64,000 nucleotides of DNA from Amoebophrya sp. A120. Its lineage: Eukaryota; Protista; Dinoflagellata. Shown in pieces: positions 10,794 to 23,800 of this stretch (the stretch's first letter is position 1; each line of letters starts with the position of its first letter). The translations under genes and the position numbers were made by a program. Under the pieces are notes generated by a model. The model ran no database searches, was not told the DNA's origin, and worked only from the letters and a program-made list of their open reading frames with translations. Where the stretch lies: assembly GCA_905178155.1 (NCBI GenBank), contig CAJINV010000012.1, positions 3,281,144 through 3,345,143 of the forward strand, read 5' to 3'.

Positions 10794-13700
10794 ATGGTCG
10801 ACTCGCAGGATCGGGTCTTGCTCAAGGTCTCGGTCGAGCTGGCCGAGGGGGTGACAGAGCTGCTCTACGTCAAGCAAGCTGATTTAAACGCAAAGGACGG
10901 CATACGAAAGTTGGCGGAGGAGTATCCTTTGTCGCTTTTATTTGCATAGCATGATTCTATGAGTATGATCGCGCTGTTGAATAATAATCAACCACGGTGC
11001 TCACTGCTCCGTCTTCGAGGAGAAGATAAACGCGAGATACAAAATCAAAAAAGGTTTTGTCGCGCCCAGAATCTGGACCTCACCCGCGTCCGTGCACCGT
11101 TGGAGGCACACATACGCGAAAATGAAGCTCCAGGCTGGGCCTGCAAATTACAAGTGGGGCAGCCGCTCACAGTTAGGGGCCCGAGGCCGGTGCAGGAACT
11201 CACTGGCAGCCAGGCTCGAGGCGGTGCAGCGCTTTGGCTGCTTTGGGAGTTCTGCGCCCTTCTCAGGTGAGCCGGCTCCGCGGCTGCGCCGGGCGTGGCA
11301 TGCGCTTCGTCGCCGGGTGAAGTTTATATATATGCGGCGGCGCTGCTTTTGTTCTCTCTTGGCAGGCGCTAGGCCGGGGCCCTGCGTGATGGCATAGCGA
11401 ATGTTTATCGCGGTCCGTGCCTGCGCCGACTATGAGAGAGACGCCGCAGCTGCCGCGGCCGCGCAGCAAGGTGCCTCGCCGTCTTCACGTTGAAGCGTGG
11501 GCGCGAAAGTCGCGCCGCGTTCTTTCTCTTCACCAAGCTGCGTCGTGCCATCGGTGCAAATTCAGAACCGACGGCATGGCCTCCGTTGCTTGTTGCTAGT
11601 ACGTATCGGAGCCGTTTCTCCGCCGGCGCCCGTGTATTTGCTGCCCTTGGCGGCACGCAAAAGCCGGCCGTCATCGGATTTAAGTGAGCCGGGCCCCCCG
11701 GCCCGTCGATGCCGCGACGCCTTCGCGGCAGGCGGGCAAGGTCGGGGCACAGAGCTGGGCTCGCACCAGGCGGGGGATGACAGTCCAAACAAACCTGCTC
11801 TACGTTATGGCCCCGACCCTCTTCAAGCCAGCGTCGCGCTCCGGCCGAGGCAAGAGCGCTCGACGACCAAAACGCGTGGGCGCTCGTGGCCAGACGGGAA
11901 GAGTGGTTTCATGCGTCCAGCAACCATGGAAACTAAGCACCTGGGGCCCCCAAAGCGCCCGGCCATTGTCGGCCTTTCCCATCTTCAGCACTGCTCGCAT
12001 AATGTGCGCAGTGAACACTGCCACACTCTGCGAAAAGCTGCGCCATTTTTTCGGTCCGTTAAAAAAAAACCCCGTTCCGCGAGGGTGTTCTGCGATTTTT
12101 CTTTGGTAGGTGATCACTGTCGGCGATCACCGTTTTTCCTTCTATACTTTGTTTCTTTGCAGAGCATGAAGATGCTATGATCGCACTGTGGAATGAAAAG
12201 AAACCACGTGGCTCCGTCTTCGAGGAGAAAATAAACGCGGGATACGAAAATCAAAATAGGTTCTGCCGCGCCCAGAATCTGGACCTCACCCGCGTCCGTG
12301 CACCGTTGGAGGCGCACATACGCGAAAATGTCGCCGCTGCACAGTTGGAAGAAAAACAGCAGCGGGCATCGTATGAGGAGAAAAACTTGCAATATAATTT
12401 TAGAAGATTATCGGACTGTCGTTGCCAGCAAAAGTACTAAGAATTTTTTTTGGGTTTCTGACCCAAATCTTTTGTAGCCTTCACGCAAAATTGAATGTTT
12501 TCTGTATGAGCATGACTTTTCTGTAGCGAGAAGTTGATCTTAGCATGCGGATTGGCGACAAATCTGTGCAGAAAAGATCCTTCTTTTTGTTAGAGTTTTC
12601 TTCTTAAATTCATAATGCGTCGAGCTCCGGCGGAGCGGGGAACAGAAGGTCGGTTGAAAATAGCATGCAGTACCAGCCTCTGGCGGGCGGCCTGGAGCGA
12701 ATACTGGACCGGATCTCGGTCGGAGAGACGAAAAGGGTATAGGTATTTTTTGCCGGGGGATTATACTAGTTGCGGGTTACCGCAGCAGTACAACTAGGGA
12801 ATCATTCAAGATTCCTTTTTTATCTTGCATTCAAAACCGAAACCGTTTTTCAGGCAACCTCCTCCACTAATCCATCGTTCCTGGACCAGCCACCTAAATC
12901 AGCGCGCAGAAGCACCACAGGAAATTACAATACGAACCAGTACGTCGATTCCGACCCCGATCCGGGCGGCGGGGGCGACAGTACTAACAATGTTGCAACC
13001 TCCGCTTCTATGCAAGAAAAAAACTGTGTAAGCGTAAGTTTGTGATGCAGAAAATGCAAAGCCGCTACATTTGTCATGCAGGAAGTGGGTCATAGCCACA
13101 CTTCACGCGTGTTTTTACGTACTAGCTGCGCATAATGTAATGCGAAACGAATTTGTGATGCTGCTCATCCTACACAGCTACACCTACACAAAATTTTTGT
13201 TGGATAGCTTCCTCGCGGCAAAAGATGCAGCAGCAGATCCTGCAAAAGCTGAAGTCCGGGCGGTCCCGGTCCCACGTCTTCCGGAGACTGCACCAAGACG
13301 GCGCGGAGCGGGCGCTGCGGATTGACATTCAACGGAAAAACGAGCAACGCGCGCGGGAAGACCGGGCGAAGAGTCCGCGGGAGAGAAAAAAGAAAATGAA
13401 TGGCGAGTTCGCTGGGGGAACAGGAGGGGGAGCAACAACGTCTTCTAATCTCTTCCACTCCGTTGTGCGTCAAAGCGATAGAAGTATCCATCCACTCGAA
13501 AAGCTGTACCGCGACGCGCAGGACAAGCGCGCCCGACTGGAGCGGCGGGCACAGCAGAAGGAAGAGCTGCTGAATCTCGAATTGGCCCAGTACCCCTTCA
13601 AGCCACAGATTCACGCCTCGCAGAAAACGGTTGCCGGGTTGGAGAGCGGGGGGAAGGTGTCACTGAAAACGCGGGAAAAGATCGAGCAATTGCGGCAACA

Positions 13701-16514
13701 GAAAATGCTAAAGGAGCTGCAGGATTGCACTTTCAAGCCCGAGATTGACGAGAGAAGCGCGTATTTTTAGGTTTTTTTTTCGAACTACTGCTTGTGAAGA
13801 ATCTTGATGATTAGTACTCATGCGAAGACTGAATTGTTACTGTGCCCCTTAATTGTCAATCATGCAACTCACCCAGCAGCACCACTCTGCAGGTTGATGA
13901 TGAAGAGGCGAATAGAGCGGCTGAAAATTACGGGGTCACTTATCCACCGCAAATCAAAATTATCGTACTTCTGATGAACCACGTAGACATTGTTTGCAGA
14001 CGCAGATCTGCATGACAAAGAACCTCTCTGTGATGCAGTGACGCTTGTCAATATCATCCACGAAGGCGATATAATTTTTTTTGCTTTCCATACTCGTCCA
14101 TGACCATCTGTACGAGGACGCCAAGCGACGGGAAGAGCGCATGTACGAATACGCAAACCTCGTTTCGCCTGAGGTCACCTTCAAACCCGATATCGGGACG
14201 GTATAACAGTGGATACAAGTCGTTTAGCATGCACGATGATCTAAGTACATTGGTGCGTTGCTTTTGCTGTATCGTATGCGGTGTTGAATTCTGCATCACA
14301 AAAAATATCTCATGCCTAGGGACAATGATTATTCTTGATAAAGTCCACAAAGAAGAACACGATATAAAAACCCAGCAGCTCATATATTAATTCTCCCACC
14401 ACAGCACAAGGATCGGCCCCCGCCAGACGCGAATGTCGCGGACTTTTTCGATCGCATGATGAAGCAGAAGTCTAGCGGACAGCTACAAACGCGTGAATAC
14501 GCGCACCAGAAGCTCGGAATCAAGATCAAACAGGACCCCATGGAAAATTGTTCGTTCCAGCCCCAGGTCGGCCGGCCACCCCACTTCCCGCGGAACGAGG
14601 ACAAAAAACCGATTGGCCACTTCCTGTACGAAGTCGGGCAGTACGTCCGGAACTTAAAAGAGGAAATCGTCGAAGCGAAGCTGCAGGAGGAAGAAAGAAA
14701 ACGCGTGCCCGTGATGAGCGAGGTGTCGAAGCTAGTGTATGAAGAGAAGAAAAAGAAAAAGTTCAAGGTATAAAAATAGCACGCATGCTTTGATGAGAAA
14801 CTGTTGTCATACATTCACACGTCGAAGAATTTCAGTTTGTCTTGCGCCGAGCAGCACTTCCTAAACAACGAAATCTAAAAGTAAAACGAACTATCAGGAA
14901 ATCTTCGAGAAACTCTCCGACGGGAATTCGGAAATTAGTCAGGAAGTCTTCCACCTGGATATCGTAAGGAAATATCCCCCCTCCCCATATTGAAAACACA
15001 TTCGTCTGAAAATTTGTGATGCAGATTTGAGGTCACAAATCCTGTCTGTCTTGCAAGAAGGAAAAGCCAGAGAGTCCGCCGCATTATGCCGGCGGTTTGT
15101 GATGCTGTTGGGCTTACAGAGCCGACATCTGTCATGCTAGTCCCCTACGTCAAAACCTCTCGACCCAGGCTTGGCATATGCCTGCAGTCCCCTCCAGCAA
15201 GACAGACTTGATTTGTCTACGCAAATCCAGCATCAGAAACTTCGTTTCGATATGGGGAGGGGGGGTTTTTCCTTTTGATACTGGACCAGATACCCCTCGA
15301 GTTTCACGAGTTCCTTCGGCCCATACTGGCGTACTTGGAGGAGACGAATGGAAAGTTTGATTTCCATGGCTTCAGCATCACGATGGATTATGTTTTGGAA
15401 AAGACCGGCGTGCCCTGCTCGCATTTGTTTTCCGCCGTGGAAAAAAGAGAAAAGGAGGAACTGCTCGGAAACACAGCGGCTTACGGGTCGGTGATGTCGC
15501 AAAAGTATTGGGAGGAATTTGAAAGATATTATCTTGTCATGCAGGAGAGCCAGCATGGAAATGGATGTTTTCTGTTGTAGTGATGCTATGCAACTTCAGA
15601 AGTATAAAATCTAAATCATGAACTATCAGAGCGACTCCTCGTGGCCCCTACGACCCGACGGCTGCGCACACCTACACGCCCAGAATAAATCCCAACTCCA
15701 CGAAGATTTTGGAAGAGAAAGGCCGCTTACAGTCCAACGTGCCGGTGCACGAAAGGTTGTGGAGCACGCATGAGAAATACCAGCAGCGGACGGAGTTGCG
15801 AAGACAGCAGTTGTATGCATTGCAAATATGTCTGGGTCTGGAAGAGTTGGAACTTGTCATGCGGATTCTGGAGTAGGTATGAAGTTTATGTTGTATGAGC
15901 ACCAAAAGCTTTCCATTTCTTGCTACGCAAATAGGGAGTTTCTCATGCGGGATAGGCATCAGGAGGCCAGCGCAAAACCTGTAATGCTTTTCGTTCGTCA
16001 GAGAGCATTTGTGTGATCGAGAGGATGCATGGCAAACATCTGCACTCATCCAGACCCAGACATATCTGCACTTGATAAGTTGGCGGAACAGGAAATGTTG
16101 GAATGTACCTTCACGCCGAATCGGTTGAATCAGGGTACAAACTACTTTTGAGCTGTTGTCCTTGAGTTTTGAATGACAGATCTTTTTCGCATTTGGTTTT
16201 CGCATGAGAAATTCCGTGCAACAAGTTCAGTTGCGCATTTCCGTTTTGCATTACAAAGCGACGAAAGCTGCATCCCAGGTGCCAAGCAGACCCCCCGCGG
16301 CGGCCCAGTAGCGGTAGCCGGGGCAGCTAAAAATACAACTATCCCGGCAAGTACAACGAAATTCGCTCCTGCCTCCCGTACAGCCGCGCCGAAGGGTGCC
16401 ACGGCACGAAGATTGTCGGATAACGCGGAAGTCGACGCCGCACTGGAGGGTGCGGAAACGGCCGTGAAAAACGCAACAGCAGCGGTGGAGCGGGTCAAGA
16501 AGACGTCGAGCTGA
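10794..16514 (+). CDS. Multi-exon coiled-coil protein with CTF(K/Q/T)P repeats and an EF-hand-like segment
   Basis: Exons give MVDSQDRVLLKVSVELAEG.., YPFKPQI, CTFKPEI, VTFKPDI, CSFQPQV, EIFEKLSDGNSEISQEVFHLDQIP.., CTFTPNR; joined by GT-AG introns and introners. Confidence 0.7.
10923..12330 (+). repeat. ~200-bp intron+exon direct duplication flanking a ~1-kb GC-rich insert
   Basis: Copies at about 10923-11124 and 12143-12330; exon parts 11054-11124 and 12260-12330 match at 68 of 71 nt. Confidence 0.85.
12393..12614. mobile_element. Degenerate introner element
   Basis: TATAATTTTAGAAGA / TCTTCTTAAATTCATA imperfect TIR; removal +5 nt keeps frame (NLQ-SSSGG). Confidence 0.55.
13941..14092. mobile_element. 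Degenerate introner element
   Basis: TATCCACCGCAAATCAAAATTATCG / CGATATAATTTTTTTTGCTTTCCATA; removal +5 nt gives GSL-HDHLYEDAKRR. Confidence 0.6.
14960..15280. mobile_element. Introner element, family E
   Basis: TATCGTAAGGAAATATCCCCCCTCCCCATAT / ATATGGGGAGGGGGGGTTTTTCCTTTTGATA; TSD CTGGA. Confidence 0.92.
15814..16077. mobile_element. Introner element, family A
   Basis: Family A TIR; TSD AGTTG. Confidence 0.93.
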
Positions 16515-17508
16515 AGAACAGGTGTCAGCGGAATTCTGAAAACCGATGCAGGGGGCGAGAAAAGTGACGGCGCTTCAGCTACTAGTGTATCCTAACGATT
16601 CATCACATGCAACAGACTACCGTAGTTATCCATCGCGAGCACGCAAAATTAGGTTTTATCGCAAGAAGGCGAATTCAGAAAGAGTAGGTTTATCGCATTT
16701 ATGTCAAAGAGATTGACGAGACCAAACCAGTTGGCTCCACTTAAAGTTAAAACAATTACAGCCCAAGAGGCATAGTTTTCAAGAGGAATCTTCATCGCGC
16801 GGTAGGCTCAACAGTCGCTTTACAGATTAGAATGCAGAGAATAGTTGTGCCGAAAAGGTATTAAACTAGTAAACTGGGATGATTTTTTGTCAGCAATCCC
16901 AGCTAATGTACACTTCACATGAGCGCTTGTGATTTACAATTGGTGATAGAGCAGGAACTTTACTTGAAATTGAAATGCACCTTGTATCAAAACGAAAACG
17001 CGTGGACTTCTGCGTCAACAGTACTGCAAGCAGAGCATCGACCCGTTTTGCCGTCTTTTGAACAAACGAAACGAACCCGATGAACAACCCCCCTTTGAAA
17101 GGTTTTATTTGTTTCCGCGAAGCTACATCAACACTGGGCGTACATACAGGCGTCGCTTTCCGTACAAGCGTTGCTAACTTAGTAGTAGAGCAGCCCGTAG
17201 AGCGTCGATTTGCGCCTCTGCGTGTCATGACAGAATAAAACACGTGATCTGCTTCCGTGTTCTGCTTGTATTTAGCTAGTCGGTCGGACTGAAGACAGCG
17301 ACTTTGAAGATGGCCTGTGCAGCTTTAGCTTTTTTTTCCTTTGCGACCGACAGCGACAGGTTTAGGGATCGCCTGCATTGCTCTCATTGTGGCAGAATGA
17401 CGCACTGCGCTGTACTTTCCGTAGTTCCCTCCAGGCTGAGCCTGAGTATCTGTTTTTTTTCGATCGGACAGATGATGCTTCCCTTAGTCTTACGTGCACA
17501 TAAAAAAC

Positions 17509-18015
17509 ATGGTGGCGAGCGTTGCCAGTGCTACTAGAATTCGTCCTCCACGACCTCGGGCAGCGGGGCGCTCAGTTTTATTGCTCGCATTCACTTCCGA
17601 TCTACTGCCTCGACTTCTAACCGCATCCGCAACCGCGTCGCCAGAGACAGAGGCAGGACAGACCACACTTCCGCTGCCTGTCAACAAGAATCGTCCTAGC
17701 GCTACTGACGAGGACTTCGCGAAAGCGACGGAAACACTCGCTGATTGTTGGAAACAACTGTCACTCGACGAGCGTCTGGAGCACGCGGAACGACCCGACC
17801 CGGTGTTTTTCTCGTGGGCGCTCGAGTGCTTGGTGTATGGGAATAGCAGCGCGGATGCCACCTACACGGGTTTGCTGAAAAATGAGAAACGACGAAACGA
17901 GTCTGATGTCAAGAGTGCGCCATTTGTTGATGTGAAAACGAGAATCGAGGAAATAAATCACAAAACTGGAAGTGAAAGAAATGCGCACGGCCCATTGAAC
18001 ATGGCAGATCTGTAA
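17509..18015 (+). CDS. Hypothetical protein or first exon
   Basis: ATG-initiated ~168-aa ORF of protein-like composition; no motif recognised. Confidence 0.35.
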   Translation: MVASVASATRIRPPRPRAAGRSVLLLAFTSDLLPRLLTASATASPETEAGQTTLPLPVNKNRPSATDEDFAKATETLADCWKQLSLDERLEHAERPDPVFFSWALECLVYGNSSADATYTGLLKNEKRRNESDVKSAPFVDVKTRIEEINHKTGSERNAHGPLNMADL

Positions 18016-20883
18016 TGTCAAAGCTGGGCCCAGTTCTCCGAAGTGCTTACGCTTACCTAGGCTTCGAAGTAGACAAGAGAAAGTGGAAGTGTCGTTTGCA
18101 CGGATTTTGTGACGTGTTCCCATTCCTGATCCTGTTTGAAGGAGCGCGCAATATTAGTGGTTAGCGAAGCGTAAAGACAACGAGCACAGCTGCGGAGCAT
18201 ATTCTCTCTCGCAGCTTTCTCCGTCGATGTCTCTGGTCGGCCGCGCCAGGCCCCGGGGCTGTGGGCTGCCTCCCGGGCCGCGCGGGCCATTTCAGCGGCC
18301 CAGGCGCCCGCTGCCGGCCCCCACGCTCCTGGGGCGGGCCGCACCACAGAGCCCCGCGCGCTGGAGCTATGGGGTGCACAGGGCTTCCCGGGTTACCTGC
18401 TTGCGCGGCGCCGCACCCGCATCGCGGACATACTAGCTGGCTCCGGCGGGCTGGGCCAACCAAGGGCGCGCCGACCCGGGGGGGGGCGCGCGCACAGGCC
18501 CCGCGTGCCGCCCGCGGCGGGACCCACCGGGCCGCCGGCCCCCTGGCAAAGGCCGCCCCAAGTTGCGTCGAAAGCGAGCAGGCGCCCGGCAGATTCAGCC
18601 CGCGCAGGCGGCACGCCGGCCGCCGGGGGCCTTTCTGGCGCCTGGTTTCGCAGATTGATTGACTGCCGCGCGGGCCCAGGGGCCCGCCGGCTAGTTTTTA
18701 TGCTTTTGCCAAAACCGGGGTCGGTACATGCTTCCGGCAAAGCATCGGGGTTCCGATGGGTCTCAGCAGTGCTAACGCCGTCACCGTTTGTGTGTTATGC
18801 AGCCTAGAGGCCCAGCGCTTGAAAAGCTTGCGCGCCTCGGAAAGAATAAAGTAAGCACGGAGGCGCCTGCCGCGCTGTCGGCGATATTGCCTCCGGGAAT
18901 ACGGATCTCGCCCACCGGTGGAAAGAAATCTACAGGGGCACCGGATTAGCGTCGGAGACAGAAAGCGCGGCTTTATCAAAACCGGGGCCGGCGCCAAAGT
19001 AATGGGGTGGGCGGCCGGTCTTTCGGCTTTTCCCGACCGAGGCTGGTGGCCCGTCGGGCTTTGTTTCGTTGCCCGGGATTCTGGACGTTGCGACTCCGCG
19101 GACTGTTTTGCCGCGGTCTTCGCGATCCGGGAGAGCGTCGCGGGTGTAGCCCCCCAGAAAGTGGCCCCCGCGGCTGCCGAAGCGGCTTTCAGGATCTCCA
19201 AGCAGGTGCGTAGCGCCATGACTCGTCTGGTGCAGTGTTTTTGATGTTACTAGGCACTTTGTCAAGCATGGCGCAGGCAGCTCCAATCAACTCCGAAGAT
19301 TTAGGATGGCAGCAGTGGGAGAGCGGCCCCGGGCCTGCGCAGGTTGGAACGCCGCAGGCGTTGCGCAAGCTTAGCCGCAGAGCTGGCCTGGCGGTGGTTG
19401 GTAGGCGGCGCGCGAAGTAGAGCAACAGTGATGGGCGGCTTGGGCCCTGCAGCGCCAAGGCCCGCGTCTTCTTGCCCGCCCGCGCCTAAGGGCGGGGCCG
19501 CCTTTTTTTGCCCTTGCCTGCGCGCATTTATGCGCCGCCCTCCGGCGGCGAGGGGCGGGGCAGGGCCCGAAGATAGGGCGCGTGCGCTGATAATGCCGGC
19601 AAGCGAACGCAGCCGCTGGGTGCCCTGCGATCGAAGTGTGCAGGCGGACGAGAAGACGCGCACCCCGGCGACAGCCCGAGCGCCCTGATTTGGGCCCCGC
19701 GCTGTGCAGCCCCTCGCGGGGCGCGCTAGCTTCGCCGCGGCGCATACCTGCGTGCGTGGCTCCCCTGCCGCCCCGGCGCGCGCTTCTTTTGCTCGCTCCG
19801 CCCGAGCCCCCTTGGCGCCCTTCATTCGGGGCCTTTGTCCGCAGGCATGCGCGCTGTTGCCGCTCGGGTGCCGATACGTAGCTCGTTGGCGCCCGTGTTG
19901 GTGCCCCTGTGGCACTCTTCGTTCTGTGGCATTACAGATCTGGAGGCTCCCGGCGCCCTGTCCGCCGGTCTGAAGGTTGCTTCTTTTGGATGGCGGAGGC
20001 CCGTCCTTGCTTGGCGCTGGCCATGTCGCAGCCTCGATAGGTCCGTTGGTCAGGGCGCTGCCTGTCCAGGGACTGTCATTCTCCGGACGGCGGGTCGGGT
20101 GCTGAGTGAGACAAAAAGTGCCTGTCGAAATGATATACAGCCTGTCGCAGTTCAATGCTTTTCTGTGGTGATCCCGTCCTTTGCAGATGGTGTTCTTTCT
20201 ATGTTGTCATCACTTGTTTTTCACGTGTGGGTAGTGTCGCCGGCACGGGCTTTGTAGGACTAAAAGCCAGCGAGCTTGCAAGAGTGTGTGTGCCTTGTTG
20301 TTGAATGAGAGCTTCGCCAGAGAGACACGCATCCACACCGCAAAAAGAATTCAATCCACCATCGAGACCAGAAGATGTTCTAGAACTGAAACTGTGCCAG
20401 CTCTTTCTCAAAATGAAGTGAAGTCCTTTGATTCGTTGACCTCCTTACTCCGACGACGGACCCATAATTCTTTGCAGCAATGCGAGATACTACCACGGCG
20501 AAACGTCTTGTGGCGTGGAGGGGGTGTAATTGTCTCTTCCAGATGGACCGCTAGGAGGCCGCGAAGCTGTCGCTCCAGTACTAGTGCACGTTGCATGGGA
20601 CCGGCTACTAGCCACTGTGCTACCAATACATGGAATGTAAGAAAGTAAGCATTCTGGCGCGGAACCGAACCAGAAGTAGCAGAAGTACATAGGAGGTGTG
20701 CGCGAACGAAAACACTGCTGAACACTGCTTGTTTATTGCACCGCCAGCACGTGCTGGAATTCACATTCAGCAGAGGCGATCAGCAGCACTCTCACGGAAG
20801 CAAGCACCTAAAACCAACGGCACACTGCAACAACATCGGGATAAAAAAGACCATACAACACCGCCGAACTCACTACGAAAAAG

Positions 20884-23800
20884 ATGCAGCTCCGTTACGT
20901 GAAGAACCTGCAGGCGCCGGCCGACGGCATGCAGAAGATCACGGCGGCTGCGTGGAGCGCGAACTCACACAAAGTCGCGGTAGTTTCCACCGACCGGATC
21001 GTGCACCTGTACGACGAGCAGGGCGAGAAGCAGGACCGGTTCTCCACAAAACCCGGGGATAAGGAAACCAAGCTGTTTGTCGTCAAGGCGCTGGACTTCT
21101 CGCCTTGTAGCACGAAATTGGCAATCGCGCAGTCGGATAACATCGTGTTTGTTTACAAACTGGGAACAGAGTGGAAGGAGAGGAAAAGCATATGTACTGT
21201 AAACTGAAATTTGTTTTGCGACCTGGAAATAAATTTTATTGGTCTCTCTCTCTTGCATTTTTATTTTTTCATTTTTCCACTGTACAGGTTTCACTTCATA
21301 ATTCCACTCAACATCGACATTTTTATCCATAACTACGAAAGAACCGATCACTGAAAGGTAACAAATTTCCCCAAACCTCCTGCGTCACCTGTCTGACCTG
21401 GCCGTCCAAGCACCCGAATGAAATCGTGTTCGGCCTCGCGGAGGGCCGGGTGAAGGTCGGGCAGTTGAAAGCGAATAAGGCAGCGCTGCTCTACGCCACG
21501 GACTCGTTCGTAATGTGCATGACGAGCGGCCCGGACGGCAACTCCGTTTTGTCCGGACACCTAGACGGGTCGATTCACAAGTTCATGTTCGAGACGGAAA
21601 ATTCCGGGCCTATCACGCAGAAATTTTGCCGGGTGCCGAACTGCAGCATCAGTTGCATCGGCTGGGGTTCCGCGGGCATCTGTGCTGCGGGGAACGATTC
21701 CATGGTGCGGTTTTGGACGGCCGAGGGTAGGGACGCGAAGACCTTTGACTACAACAATCTGAAGGGCGTCAAGGAGTTTTCCTGTTTGAAATTCAACCCG
21801 TCCGGGGAGTCCGTCGTGCTCGGGAATTTCAACCGATACTTCGTCTACGCGTGGCATGGTATGGTTTTTAGGTCGGATTTTAATTTTTCTGGGAGTGAGC
21901 ACTCGAATGACAAGGTCGTTTCGGAAACTGATCATGGAATTAGAATACTATTGCATGGAGTAAGAGCATGACTAGGCCTTTTATGTTGTAACTCTCTTAG
22001 GCCTAATATGATGGAAATTGTATTGCATGTTGTATGAATGACATGACCATGAGCATGACCATGAAATCGCAACACAGCCCGCAATCGCGAGTGGAGCGAA
22101 GTCGCCGTGAAGGAGGTGCCGAATCTTTACACGATTACGTCGCTGTATGGAAGGGAAATCGACAAGGTTCTTCTGGTTGCGACGGGCTCTATGCATGACC
22201 ACAACCTGCATTTGCAATGCGAATTTTTGCATGATGAGAAGATTTTTTCCACCATGCGCTGAGTACAACATATTGCACTGTCTGTTGAAGATTTAGATTT
22301 TCCTCTCCACATTCCCTGCTGGCGCTCAGACGGGAGTCGCCTCGTGATGGGCACGCTGTGCGGTAGCGTCGAGCTCTTCGATGCCTGCATTAAGAGGGCA
22401 AGGTATGATAGGTGTGTTGCAACTGCTCATGCACAAGAGAAACGGCCGTAGGGAGTTGTGGAAAGATGATCGGCATTCTTACAATTGAATACTTAGCAAT
22501 TATAGGAGAGTGGAGAGTGCTGAGCACAAGCTCAAGCACTCGTCAATCCATCGACAAACAAATCTCACGACCATCAGGTATAAAGGCGAGTACGAGTTCA
22601 CCTACATCTCGTTATCCCAGGTCATCGTGAAAAACCTCACCTCCGGTTCCCGGATAGTGCTAAAATCCAACGTGGGCTTTGAGATCAAAAAGATCAACGT
22701 GTTTCAAGAACGCTATCTCGTCGCGCACACGCCGGAGTCGTTACTTTTGGGCGATCTCATCACCTGCAAGCTGTCCGAGATTCCGTGGCAGTGGAGTGGC
22801 AACATGTCGACCGGCGGGAAATCCGACGAAAAGTATTTCTTCGACAGTATGCCAAGGAAAAACGTCCCCACTCCAGAGTCAAGCTGGGGACTTTGCAACA
22901 GAAATGCTGTAGTTTTGGGAGTCACGCATGGCAAGTTGCACTCGGTTGTAGCGTAGTGCAGGTTAGCAAGGACAGTAGCATTACAAATTCATCTGCTTAT
23001 CCTGTTTACAGCATTACGAATTCCAAAAACACGAGCGCAAATTTGTCTATCATGGGGATGCTCATCACAAATGTTCCTGTCATTGGAAATCTGCATGACA
23101 AACCTGGGGTTGTTCGGACGTTTATTTTCCTTTGGATAGACAACCCGCAGGTCTGCATGATCTTCAAAGCCGGGGAGTTGTCCATCGTTGAGTACGGGCA
23201 GAACGAGGTATTGGGCTACGCCCGGACGGAGCACGTGTCGCCGCATTTGATATCCATTCAGGTGGACACGGAGAACGTGCTGAACGATCAGAGTAGTCTC
23301 ATGATCACGGAGGGAGAGGAGCAGAAAACGCCAACGCGTGTGATCGCCTATTTACTCGACGTACAGACGATACGGCTGATCAATCTGACCACCCAGCAGA
23401 TCCTTGCGACGATCAATCACGACTTGAAAATCGACTGGCTGGAGTTGAATCCGAGTGCGACGCGGGTGCTGTTCCGGGATAAACGAAGACAACTCCACTT
23501 GTACAACGTGGAGACGCAGACCAGGGTCTCTCTTCTCAACTACTGTAACTACGTGCATTGGGTCCCGGGGTCGGACGTGGTTGTGGCGCAGAACCGGAAC
23601 CAGCTTTGTGTCTGGTACTCGATTCTCGAAAATACCGACCGGGTCACCGTGCATGAAATCAAGGGGGACGTGGAGGATATTGAGCGGTCGAACGGCCGGA
23701 CCTTTGTTACGGTCGATGAAGGGGTGAACACGGTGGAGTACGAATTAGACGAGGCTTTGATTAACTTCGGGTCTTGCCTTCACAGAAAACAGTACGGCAA

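Noticed and set aside
18161-20257. Many overlapping ORFs as real genes or a transposase
   Set aside because: Arg/Gly/Pro/Ala-rich frames expected from high GC; no DDE, RT or Rep/helicase motif seen.
20225-20265. Helitron 3' end (GCACGGGC...CTAA) for the GC-rich island
   Set aside because: Hairpin is weak, the next base is not T, and no matching 5' TC end was found.
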